In this document: piece by piece, positions 1-12,530 of the stretch | How positions within the stretch are numbered: position 1 is the first letter of the stretch | Layout: each line of letters opens with the position of its first letter | NCBI GenBank assembly: GCA_002269645.1 | Contig: NIVC01004578.1 | Coordinates: forward strand, 1 to 41,423 | DNA: 41,423 nt | Direction: 5' to 3' | DNA from: Macrostomum lignano | Taxonomy: Eukaryota | The notes under the pieces: model-generated | What the model saw: the letters and a program-made list of their open reading frames with translations, nothing else | What the model was told of the DNA's origin: nothing | Database searches by the model: none | Position numbers and translations under genes: made by a program

Positions 1-1290
1 CTTGTTAATCTACTGCTGCCACTTGCTAATCTACTCTGCCACTTGCTAATCTACTCTGCCTTGCTAATCTACTCTGCCACTTGCTAATCTACTCTGCTGC
101 TGCAAATCTACTCTGCCGCTTGCAATCTACTCTGCCGAATCTACTCTGCCACTTGAAATCTACTCCTGCTTTGCTAATCTACTGACGTCTGCAATATAAA
201 GTCTACTCTGGCCACTTGCAAATCTACTCTGCCAATGAAAAATCTACTCTGCCTTGAATCTACTCTGCCGCTGAATCTACTCTGCCGCTTGCTAATCTAC
301 TCTGCCGCTTGCTAATCTATCTGCAATTGAAATCTACTCTGCCACTTGCTAATCTACTCTGCCTCTTGCTAATCTACTCTGCCGCTGCTAAATCTACTCT
401 GGCTTCTTGCTAATCTACTCTGGCCAATTGAAATCTACTCTGCAACTTGCAATCTACTCTGCTACGCTTGCTAATCTACTCTGCCGCTTGCTAATCTACT
501 CTGCCCTTGCTAATCTACTCTGCACTGCAAATCTACTCTACGCTTGCTAAATCTACATGTACTCTGCCGCTTGCTAATCTACTCGCCGCTTGCTAATCTA
601 CTCTGCCGCTTGCTAATCTACTCTGCCGCTTGCTAATCTACTCTGCCGCTTGCAAATCTACTCTGCCGCTTGCTAAATCTACTCTGACCGCTTGCTAATC
701 TACTCACCGCTGCTAATCTACTCTGGCCATTTGCAAATCTACTGCCGCTTGCTACTACTCTGCCACTTGCTAATCTTACCATTGCAATCTACTCTGCCAC
801 TACTAATCACTACCATGTCATCTACTCTGCACTGTGCTAATCTACTCTGCCATGTCAAATCTACTCTGCATTGCAATCTACTTTGCCACTTGCTAATCTA
901 CTCTGGCCGCTTGCTAATCTACTCTGCCATTGCAATCTACTCTGCCATTTGCAAATCTACTCTGCCACTTGCCAATCTACTCTGCTGCTTTGCTAAATCT
1001 ACTCTGCCATTGCTAATCTACTCTGCCATTTGCAAATCTACTCTGGCCATGTGCAAATCTACTTTGCACTTGCTAATCTACTCTGCTGCTAATCACTCTG
1101 CCATTTGGCTAATCTACTCTGCCATTTGCTAATCTACTCTGCCACTTGCTAATCTACTCTGCCATTTGCAAATCATACTATCTGCTTGCTAATCTACTCT
1201 GCCATTTGCTAATCTACCTGCCACTGGCTAATCTACTCTGCCATTTGCTAATCTACCCTACCATTTGCTAATCTACTCTGCATTGCAAAT
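1..1290. repeat. Degenerate ~20-bp minisatellite (CTTGCTAATCTACTCTGCCA)n, running off the window start
   Basis: Unit read directly from the sequence, with many small indels. ORF 692..1132 is a by-product. Confidence 0.95.
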
Positions 1291-1826
1291 CTACCAACCC
1301 ACTTTTACCAAGTCATTTAAGCCTACTCAATCACTTGTGAGTCTGCTTTAATTGCGCACAGATTAAAGCAGCCGCATCAGAGAACTACTCACAAGTGCAT
1401 TTATTGCAAAAAAAAAATTTAACCTTCATCGCTAATGAACTGACGAAGCCGAGACCTGAGACAATTAACAGTGTAGCACAGACAGACACACACATGTCCC
1501 AGAAATAAAGCAGGCTTTGAACTTTCAAAGCCTATGCTGCCTAAACACACTCAGTTATAATCCTGCTTTCTGCTATGTTCAGCGTTTTATCTCTTTATCC
1601 CTCTTTTATCTCTTCTCTCATCTCATCTCGCCTCTCATCTGCCTCTCTCATTGGTTGCCCTTGAAGTAAAAAAGTTTGCTCATCCCTGATAGAACTGGGT
1701 TTCTGACTAAAAAGAGAGAAGATTGACTGTAAAGCGTTAGTCAGAGTTTTGGGAGGAGGGACAGACGAAGGAGAGGAAACATGCAACGCGTACGAGAGAG
1801 ACGCACAGAAGTCTCACTTTAGCGAG

Positions 1827-2029
1827 GTGGGTTCACAAACGCGAAATTTCACAACCGCTAAATTTTTTCCAGTCACTTCACAACCGCGATAACTTCACAA
1901 CCGCTAAATGTCATCTACGAGCGTACTTTCACAACCGCGAAACTTCACAACCGCTAAATCTGAGATTAGCGGCTGAAGTTCGCGCTTATGAAAGTGACTG
2001 CAATTTTTGCGCGTTGTGAAAGCAACCCC
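1827..2029. mobile_element. Candidate MITE with internal TTCACAACCGC repeats
   Basis: Five direct TTCACAACCGC copies plus inverted copies. Imperfect inverted ends (GTGGGTTCACAA ... TTGTGAAAGCAACCCC). TAGCGAG flanks both sides (1820-1826, 2030-2036). Confidence 0.45.
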
Positions 2030-3864
2030 TAGCGAGCACATGCGCCTGGCTGTGAAAAGGGGCCCAAACGACGTAATAAACACAGCCAAAGGACTGCAAG
2101 TTCAACTTGGCAGGGAGGGGGGCGGGGCCTGGCACTTTCCCGTCTCTTCTGTGCTACTATATCGCTTAACTCCACCTCCAACTTGTGGGGGGGGATATTA
2201 TTCCCAATAAAAAATGGCCCCCGAGTCTGCGGGGGGCGCGACAAAAATGCAGCCTTCTAAGCAACAGCTTCTCGCGGAAGCAGATGTCAGCGAACGCGAA
2301 AGAAACAGTGTGCCAAAACTGAATAGGGAATGCATGCAGACCTATAGACTGTCCAATGGGGTGGGAGATTATCCTCACAAGTCAGCTGCGCAGGATGAAG
2401 ATGAGAAAGGCAAGGGGGTGCAGAGACGCAACTCGATGAGGAGCCTTGAGAAGGGAGTAAAAATGACAGGGCGGGTGATGACTGCTCGCGAGCCGAGCGT
2501 TAGCTTCTCTCAGAGCGCCGCTAGGCAGCAAACATTCGATGGGAGAACACGGGAGCAGAGAAGCGGCATGCATGATTGATGAGGCGGTGTCAGGACCGAG
2601 AGAGCCACAGAGCAGAGAGGAAAAAGTGAAAGTGAGACGTCCGCCTCAGGCCAGCAACACACAGAGAGCTAGTTGGAGAGGCAGGGACAGGCACCTAATC
2701 TAGTTGTACAATGCATCTATCTATCCAATCAGTCTAGCGATGCCAGCTCAGCATTGGAGGGCAGTTCGAGACCGCCCAGCTCGGAGCCCGCATTGTCCGC
2801 AATCGAGCATAACAAGGAAATGAGCGAGGGAGAGGATAGATAGAGATAGAGAGGCCGTGTCTGATGGGAATCCTCGCGAGAATCTTCACAGAGGAAAACG
2901 AAGGCATAAGACGCCTCTCTATTTCTCCTTCTCATCTCCCATCTCTCTCTCTCTCTTTCTCGTTTTACTTTCAAGTTTTCAGAGAGTTTAATAGCTATGA
3001 GGCTGTGCCAGAAATTACGTAACAGCACGGCATTTCGTAAGGAGGATGTCTTTAATTTAGTAAGAGGACTGGATGAGCGGCTGGGATCAGCATGCGATGG
3101 GGGATTTGCGGGTCGGGGGGGGGGTAGCGCTGTATGTCCAACTGTATATTAAGGCTCAGTATATAGCGATGGAGAGGAAGCAGATTGGCCGTCTGACGGA
3201 ATTAAGCCCCGGGATTATAAATACATCCGGCGGCGATTCCGAAGACTGATAAAGACGTCTGTACGAGGCTGGTCCAGATAACGATATTTAGTTTCTCAAT
3301 TAATCAATAATTCTAGCAGGTCGAAATATGTTTTGACTGATGAAAGGTGGCCAGGTGGAAAGGTTGGCATGCAGCCAACTCTGTATTTCTCTGTATTTGT
3401 TAACTTTATTAAAGTCAACCAATTCAATCTATTGTAGCTTGTACATAGCAATCTATCTAGGATGTGATCTGAAATATGAATTTCAGAGAACCCTAGTGCT
3501 TGCGCGATTAACATAACGAAAAACATTCCGAGTTCAATAATGATGTAGTGAGAGCTGAGCAGTGTTCTCAAACATAGCCTGATGTTGGCTTGCAAATTCT
3601 CAATCTCCCCCAGGATTGAGTAGGTTCCGGCAATGAATTATGGCGTGTCGAGAGTGTAAGACTGGAGAGAATATTCGCGCACGAGTGAGCCCGAAGAGGC
3701 GAGATGAGGACATGCGCGGCGACTGGGATGACGAGAGGAAGGGAGCTGCTCCTAGCCAGCCTCCCGTCTCTGATTCCGACTTGAGCAGGAGATTATGCCT
3801 CATCTCATATCCTCTTCTCAGTTCATGGATTTGTGATTTACACCTTGTTCAATTTGAGCTTGTC

Positions 3865-4056
3865 TGCTTTCTAGCACTCTGCTTCTACATTTGTGCTGGC
3901 GCTGCATTTCTGCATGGCTCTCTGCTTCCACATCTCTGTTGGTGCTCTGCTTTCACATTTCTGTTGGCGCTCTGCTTCCACATCTCTGTTGGCGCTCTGC
4001 TTCCACATTTCTGTTGGCGCTCTGCTTCCACATCTCTGTTGGCGCTCTGCTTCTAC
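3865..4056. repeat. 25-bp minisatellite (GCTCTGCTTCCACATYTCTGTTGGC)n
   Basis: About 7 tandem units visible. Confidence 0.9.
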
Positions 4057-4761
4057 ACCGCGGCGCCCCTGCAGGCGCTTACTCAGACATTCCTACACGA
4101 ATCGCTTCACCCCCTAACAGCAGCGTGGCAATTCAATCAATCAGAAGAGCTTACAAAAGAGAGCTCGAAACATGCTGGCGCCGCAGCCCCCCAGCCCATC
4201 CAACCCGGTGCCCTTCCCTGGAGAGAAAGGCAAAAAGCAGGGAAAATGGGAAAATTTGAAAATTTTGAAGGCAGAAGCTCCGCTGCAGTGAAAAAGAAAT
4301 GGGACGCGAGAGTAAGGGAAACGAAATGAAAAAGGGAGACGGGCAGACAGAAAGACAAAGGCTGCGAGTCGGGTCGGCCAGATGGGATAATTCTCCCACT
4401 TCCTATCTAATAACGCAACTGCCAGCCACTCTGACTCATGTGCGGCAGCTGAGAACCTTGGTTAGAGTCGTCGGGGGAGCGAGGTGAGGAAGGTGAGTCA
4501 AGGTGAGCCCCCCCATCCCTAATAACTGGCGACATGCAGAGGGGGCAAAACTACCAGCCTTGTGAAAATGGGGGAAAACACGATTGAACGGGGCAGGGGA
4601 GGTGACGGTCGGTTCGCGTAAATTTATTGAGCATTATTGTATTGAGCAAGTCTTTCTTCTCATGGGCTCTAATGCAGTTAGTTAGATTAAATACGCATAT
4701 ATTTGCTAGTGCAACAACGCAACAGTGGACTGCACATGCTCCCAGACAGCCGGTACACCAG

Positions 4762-5650
4762 TACATGTATAGAGTGGGTTGGGACTCAATGTACATACGA
4801 GCTATATTCAGACTGGATGTACATCTAGGATTGGACTCAGTGTACATGTATTCAGGCTGAAGTACATCTAGGATTGGATTCAGTGTACATGTATTCAGAC
4901 TGATGTACATCTAGGATTGGATTCAGTGTACATGTATTCAGACTGAAGTACATCTAGGATTGGATTCAGTGTACATGTATTCAGACTGAAGTACATCTAG
5001 GATAGGATTCAGTGTACATTGTATTCAGACTGAAGTACATCTAGGATTGGACTCAATGTACATGTATTCAGACTGAATGTACATCTAGGATTGGACTCAA
5101 TGTACATGTATTCAGACTGGATGTACATCTAGGATTGGACTCAATGTACATGTATTCAGACTGATGTACATCTAGGATTGGACTCAATGTACATGTATTC
5201 AGACTGATGTACATCTAGGATTGGACTCAATGTACATGTATTCAGACTGATGTACATCTAGGATTGGACTCAATGTACATGTATTCAGACTGATTTACAT
5301 CTAGGATTGGATTCAATGTACATGTATTCAGACTGATGTACATCCAGGATTGGACTCAGTGTACATATATTCAGACTGATGTACATCTAGGATTGGATTC
5401 AATGTACATGTATTCAGACTGAAGTACATCTAGGATTGGACGCAATGTACATGTATTCAGACTGGATGTACATCTAGGATTGGACTCAATGTACATGTAT
5501 TCAGACTGATGTACATCTAGGATTGGACTCAATGTACATGTATTCAGACTGATGTACATCTAGGATTGGATTCAATGTACATGTATTCAGACTGATGTAC
5601 ATCCAAGATTAGACTCAATGTACATGTATTCAGACTGAAGTACATCTAGG
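4762..5650. repeat. 43-bp minisatellite (TGTACATGTATTCAGACTGATGTACATCTAGGATTGGACTCAA)n
   Basis: About 20 units. Each is a 20+23-bp dimer whose halves both start TGTACAT. Confidence 0.95.
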
Positions 5651-5770
5651 ATTGTACCCACCCATACAAACTGATAGGCCGCCCGTCTACCGACTCGCAA
5701 ACGGTGACACATACATATAATGTACTGTACAAATGTACATCTACGTAACAACAAGAGGCAAAAAACTCAC

Positions 5771-5927
5771 CCGACTTAAAGGAGAACTCAGACAGCAAAA
5801 TCCAGTCCGCGGTCGAGTCAAAGTACAAGCGCACTTTAACAAATCGTCCGACTCGATTGCCCACCTGGATGCTGATTGGCCGAGTGAACTGGCCCACCGA
5901 GTCGCGGCTGACTGCGCGCTCCACGGG
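5771..5927 (-). CDS. DDR: DDR-family receptor exon 6 (end of DS-like domain)
   Basis: PVERAVSRDSVGQFTRPISIQVGNRVGRFVKVRLYFDSTADWILLSEFSFKS resembles the DDR DS-like C-terminus. TACAG acceptor and G|GTGAG donor. One base short of phase compatibility with the previous exon. Confidence 0.85.
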
Positions 5928-5956
5928 CTGTACAGATAAGCATACAAACAAATATA

Positions 5957-6144
5957 ACTGACTGACTGACTGACTGACTGACTGACTGACTGACTGACTG
6001 ACTGACTGACTGACTGACTGACTGACTGACTGACTGACTGACTGACTGACTGACTGACTGACTGACTGACTGACTGACTGACTGACTGACTGACTGACTG
6101 ACTGACTGACTGACTGACTGACTGACTGACTGACTGACTGACTG
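5957..6144. repeat. Perfect (ACTG)47 microsatellite filling most of a DDR intron
   Basis: 188 bp of uninterrupted ACTG. Confidence 0.98.
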
Positions 6145-6152
6145 AATCTCAC

Positions 6153-6693
6153 CTGTCAGCGAACCGCTCGCCGCCAATGCTGAAGAAGAGCTCGGCCTTG
6201 GAGAACAGGCGCGTGTTCCAACTGAGGAAATCGTTATTAGTATCAATGTTGACGCTGTTGAACCGGCGCACCTTGTCGAATTCGAATAGCAGCTCGACGT
6301 TGTCGCGATTGTCGCCGAACTGTCGCCGATTCCAGCCGACATAGGGCAGCCCGGCGATGCCATCGTCCATGGGGTCGGCGCCGGGCGACACTTTGCTGGT
6401 GACGTAATCAGTCAGCTGGCCCAGGCCGCCCGACATCCAGCCGTTGCTAATGACGCCGTCGTAGTAGTGGTCGGAGAAGTCCGCCCGGCCGGAGGGCACG
6501 CGGTGGCCCTGGGGCCCGGAGTAGGCCACCACGCCCTGGTAGGTGGGGCAGCCGAACAGCTCCAGCTTGAGGCAGACGCTCACATCGCCGGAGTCCGGAT
6601 TGATGGGATAGATGCGCAGCACCTTGGCAACTAGGGCGGCTTCAGGCTCAGGTAGTTGCGCTTGTCCTTCAGGTCGGAGTTGCCTTTGATCAT
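6153..6693 (-). CDS. DDR: DDR-family receptor exon 5 (end of DS domain plus most of DS-like domain), with a 1-nt frameshift at 6634-6636
   Basis: MIKGNSDLKDKRNYLSLKPP/LVAKVLRIYPINPDSGDVSVCLKLELFGCPTYQGVVAYSGPQG...YDG...GGLGQLTD...YVGW...VELLFEFDKVRRF, which are DDR hallmarks. CGCAG acceptor and AG|GTGAG donor. Confidence 0.92.
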
Positions 6694-6773
6694 CTGCGAT
6701 GGGGATTTGGGAATGCCATTAAGCTTGGTTAATAAATGTTCATTTCTGAGTTCATCAGTGAAACCGCTCATCA

Positions 6774-6925
6774 GGGGTTGTAGCCTAGAGGTTAGAGCGT
6801 CAGACTCACGACTGACTGAAAGGTCGGGGTTCGATTCTCGATCTACTCGGAACAATTTGTGTCCTTGAGCAAGATACTTAACTCTGCATTGCTTCAGTTC
6901 ACCCAGCTGGGGTAATTGAGGTTGT
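6774..6925 (+). mobile_element. tRNA-derived SINE with CORE-like central domain
   Basis: A box TAGCCTAGAGG (6781-6791) and B box GGTTCGATTC (6828-6837). Then GTGTCCTTGAGCAAGATACTTAAC (6859-6882), similar to the CORE-SINE motif GTGACCTTGGGCAAGTYACTTAAC. Confidence 0.75.
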
Positions 6926-7512
6926 GTGTGCAGGTGTAATGAGTTATTTTTGTGCTTTTCTTGCCTGCTTTGTATTGAGCACTACACTGCACTGCTCAAA
7001 TTATGGATATCAATAGGCTTCATAATCTATCAAGATGGCCGCTATTTACGGACCCAGCGGAACCGTGAGAATCAATCGAATCTGGCAGGCGCAGGCAGGA
7101 TTCTCAGCAGCTGCGGCCTCCCATCATCGTCTCCCATTCGGTGCTCTCAGCCTAAAAACAATACCTACTCAAGTGGAATCGACCGGAACAGGTGGGAGTC
7201 TAGATATGATTATCAATGAGGAGGTTAAAGAGTGAGAAGAAAAGACACACGAAATCCAAATCCCAATAATTAGACTGGCCGAGTGGGGGAGGCGAGGGCG
7301 CCATCGCTGCGGCTTGAGCATAAAATTCCCATAATGAGGATTTCTCGGTCCTGGAAGAAGCGAACCTTATGCCGATAGCTACTCGAGTAGTTTTGCTATT
7401 ACGCAACACAATCAGAGCCGAATTTCCGTTCTTAAATTTTCATCCAAGTCTTTGTCACTGACTCACTGAACAAGGCGGATAAAGACTTTGTAAGGAGAAA
7501 AATGCGACTTAC

Positions 7513-7620
7513 AACTTGTCTGTGGAATATGCCGTTCGTGCTGCTGCGCAGGGTGTAGTTCCTGAACGGCTCGTCCTCCGTGCGCTTGTACTGGATCACC
7601 ATCATCTTGGTGAACTCGCC
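7513..7620 (-). CDS. DDR: DDR-family receptor exon 4 (DS domain)
   Basis: CCCGCAG|GEFTKMMVIQYKRTEDEPFRNYTLRSSTNGIFHRQV|GTAAGT. 108 nt, phase 0/0, compatible with both neighbouring exons. Confidence 0.85.
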
Positions 7621-7673
7621 CTGCGGGTGGCGGGTGCGGCTCGCCTTGCACTGCTTGGCTGGGCAGACCGGAC

Positions 7674-9097
<1,424 letters not shown>

Positions 9098-9506
9098 ACA
9101 AAGAAAACCGCACAGTCCAATTCCATTGTCAAACTGCCCTCATAAATCATGGTAAATTTCCCGAGATATGAAAACTCTGGCCCATTCCACTCGGCAGCGC
9201 ATGTCGCGGCATAAACACAGTGGCCCGGCAATGAAAAATTGCTGATTAAACAAACTCATTTTCAGACGTGAAAGAAAAAAAAACGAGGAAAGACAGACAG
9301 AAAGTAAAACTGAGAAGCCCCCTGAAAAGTGAGCAAACACAACAACTGGCTTACAAGGAGGTGGGCTGAACCACACACACACACAAGCACACACACTTGT
9401 GTACAGAGCGAAAGCACCGCATGTTTAGCAAGCGAAAGCACTCAATTTTCAAAAGTGGCCCCACATACACCCGTGTTCATATAATACGCATATATCACAG
9501 TGTTTG

Positions 9507-9634
9507 TCAAGACCCCAATCGAGTGCAGTTTGTGAGTTGTGTTTGAGCATAGCAGAACAAAGACTCAATATTGTTAAGTGGGTGGGGATCGTGCCCACTA
9601 AGTCGGCGGTCTGTACACTCGATTCGGGTCTGGA
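9507..9634. repeat. 128-bp segment bounded by 19-bp inverted repeats (possible MITE)
   Basis: TCAAGACCCCAATCGAGTG (9507-9525) matches the reverse complement of 9616-9634 at 17/19. Internal AGTGGG/CCCACT hairpin. Confidence 0.4.
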
Positions 9635-10809
9635 TTAGAAAATCTGATTTCAACTCTCACTTCACGGGTCTCTCATACGACAGCAGGCTCAGGCACCGAC
9701 CGCTATTTACTCAGCGGAGCAATGGGGAGCATGGATAGGAAATTCCAAACCCCCTGCAGCAGGGAGGGTGCAACAGAGTCAATAAGGACAAGGCCTAGTC
9801 AAAAACTTTGCTGCCTTGCTTGCCTGCTTCTGCTAGCAAAACTAAAAGAAGAATGGATGAGGAAATTTCAATAGATTCCTAACCGGATAAATATCCCATA
9901 GTTTTGGGACGCGATTGCAAGCCCAAGACTGCTGGTTAAAAAGACAATCAATTAGAAAATTTCCAACCAATTGATACAGAAGTTGATTTACAACAACACA
10001 ACTCAATCAGAGTCGCTGAATCACAATTGCATTGCAGTACAGACTTAGTCATTCTAGAGCCTCACTGATAAGACGGACCCAGTCCATGCAGTATTTGCAC
10101 AATAATTCCAAACGCATTCGTCCATAGCCATAGAGATAAAGACATTAATAATTTCACCGATGGCTTGGGGGGGGGGGGGAGAAGGCCGGTGATCAGAAAA
10201 GCCGGCCTAAAACCCCCAGTTAGGAATTCGTGTGATGCGGGACACATAAAATGTAATGCACATTGTGCGCCGTTTGTATATATTAGGATATTAACCGCCG
10301 CCGCCAGCGCTGCAACAGGGGCTAATCAAATATTAAGACTGGGAGACAGAGGAGGCAAAACACAGATAAAAAAGACCTGCAAGGCTGAGTCACAGTTAGC
10401 AGGCAGAAGCCGAAATCATTTTCAGCGCGACATACACAAAAGCTATGCATGGTTACCAGACAGAAAAAACCTATTAGAACCCCCATTCAGCATAAACTTT
10501 GCCAGCGCAATATCAGTTTGTATATACAGAGATCAGATGTATTTCAGCTTTTTTGTATAGAAAAAATGCTGAATCTCAGCCTGAAAGACAAAGACAGAAA
10601 ATGAAATAGAGTGTAACCCGATTCCATTAGTTTGATTGACAAGGCTAATCTTGACAGGCCTCGAGTCTGTAGCTTGGCCTGCTGCTCTTGATTTTGTGAT
10701 CAAAGTGATGGAGCAAGGGCAGACAGGTGACGAGAAGCAGGTCTTTGTCTCAGGTCTTTTTCTGGCATCATAAATTAGGCCGATTGAAGGTGAGAATAGA
10801 GAAGCAGTC

Positions 10810-11075
10810 AATTCAGCGCCTCAGGCAGTATTTTAGCGCCAATTCAGCGCCTCAGGCAATATTTTAGCGCCAATTCAGCGCCACAGACAATATTTTAGCG
10901 CCAATTCAGCGCCTCAGGCAATACTTTAGCGCCAATTCAGCGCCACAGACAATATTTTAGCGCCAATTCAGCGCCACAGGCAATATTTTAGCGCCAATTC
11001 AGCGCCTCAGGCAATATTTTAGCGCCAATTCAGCGCCGCAGGCAATACTTTAGCGCTAATTTAGCGCCACAGGCG
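10810..11075. repeat. 31-bp minisatellite (AATTCAGCGCCTCAGGCAATATTTTAGCGCC)n
   Basis: About 8.5 units. Confidence 0.95.
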
Positions 11076-11140
11076 GTACACTTGTTCAAAAGTTAGTTGT
11101 CAGCTAACAAAAACTGAGAACACAGTCAGCTGTAACTCAC

Positions 11141-11291
11141 CAGATCCACAGATTTGTGCTGCCTTGGCACAGTGAGCAGGTTGCTAATAATTCTCGGCTC
11201 GGGATATTCAATCTGGAGCCATTCCAGCATCTCGTTGGTCTTCAGCTGGTGCTGGGGGCACCAGGCCTGGTCGCTGGAGCCATCAACGATT
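11141..11291 (-). CDS. DDR: DDR-family receptor exon 3 (DS domain)
   Basis: GACAG|A-IVDGSSDQAWCPQHQLKTNEMLEWLQIEYPEPRIISNLLTVPRQHKSVDL|GTGAG. 151 nt, phase 2/0. AWCP...EWLQI is a discoidin motif. Confidence 0.88.
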
Positions 11292-11449
11292 CTGTCGATT
11301 CGGTGTTGGATGCGAGGAGAATTTGAGTGTTTGGGTTACTTTTGGGAAAAGTTTTGACAGCCTGAATGAGATGAGATGAGATATGGAAAGAGATGAGACA
11401 TTGAAAGAGATGAGACATTGAAAGAGATGAAATTTAGAAAGAGACTAGC

Positions 11450-12530
11450 AATCTACGCCCCCCGTTGGGGAGCCAAAGAAATGCAATACACGTTTTTTTA
11501 ATAAGCTACATGTATCCTTGAAATCTTAAAAAATCTCCTATCAAACCTTGTAAGCCTTGACATGTCAGTAATTCCCCCCCACAAGCTTAAACATATCAAC
11601 TTCCCCCCTTGACATCTCAGCCATGCCCCCAAAAAGCCTTGGAAATCTAAAAATATCTGTCAACCTTCTAACCCTAACCCTAACCTAACCCTAAAGCATT
11701 GAAATTTCAGTAATTCTCTCTAAGAGTCATTATAGCACTACTACAGCATTATAGCGATTCCCTGCAAGCCTCGACATCGTAGGGATTCCCAAATGAATAT
11801 CTTAACTTCGACATGAAGCTTCTTTTATTTTTTACATTACGCTTTTTTAATCAGCGATCCCTCCCCTGAGGAGGCATCAAATAATGTAATAAAAAGTTTT
11901 CAATAAACTACATGTAGCTTCTGACTTTAGCCTTGAAATCTCATTTATACCCCCGTGAGCCTTGACATCTCAGCTATTCCCCCGTAAGCCTTAACATGTC
12001 AGCGATGGCGCCCATAAACCTTGAAATCTGAAAAATCCCCTGTTAACCTTGAAACTCGATAAAATATAACCCTCAACCCACACCTGACCTAAACCTAACT
12101 TTAACCCAACATAAAGCCTTGAAATCTCAGCAATTCTTCTCCCCTAAGCCTTGACATTTTAGTGATTCCTTCTTTAAGAATCACAGCACTATAACGATTT
12201 CCACCTAGCTTTGACATCGTAGCAATTCCCAAATGAATCTTTTAACTTCGACATGACTTTTCTTTTATGTATATATAGTGCTACTTTTATTTTTTACATG
12301 ACTCTTCTTCTATCAGCGCCTCCCGTGGCGAGCCAACAAAGAATGCAATAAAAAAAATTGAGTAAAGTACATGAACTTTGAATTAGCTTCTGACTTTTGC
12401 TTTGACATCTCAGAAACCCCCCCCCCCCGTAATCTCAGTTATTCTCTGAGAGCCTTGACGTCTCAGTTTTTCTCCCCAGCACAGCATTATAGCTGCATTT
12501 AATTTTTCCATGACACCTTTCATGTCTGAC
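11450..12530. repeat. Three diverged ~410-450-bp units inside the Helitron 3' region
   Basis: Homologous starts near 11457, 11860 and 12317 (hairpin plus CCAAAGAATGCAATA-like sequence). Shared AGCCTTGACATCTCAG sub-repeats, TAACCC-like tract and CGACATGA..TTCTTTTAT block. Confidence 0.8.

Noticed and set aside
2214-4329. Protein-like plus-strand ORFs (2214-2579, 3640-4329) and an open stretch at about 22352-22545
   Set aside because: No recognisable domain or splice framework. Could be decayed element ORFs but cannot be supported without a search.
4762-5650. CRISPR-like appearance of regular arrays (also 10810-11075, 22835-23660)
   Set aside because: Units are head-to-tail without unique spacers, the context is eukaryotic, and there are no cas genes.
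1-5770. DDR transmembrane or kinase exons
   Set aside because: No minus-strand exon with a TM helix or kinase motifs was found. They are presumably left of the window.
6774-6845. Functional tRNA gene
   Set aside because: A and B boxes are present but there is no convincing acceptor stem, and it runs into a SINE CORE-like body.
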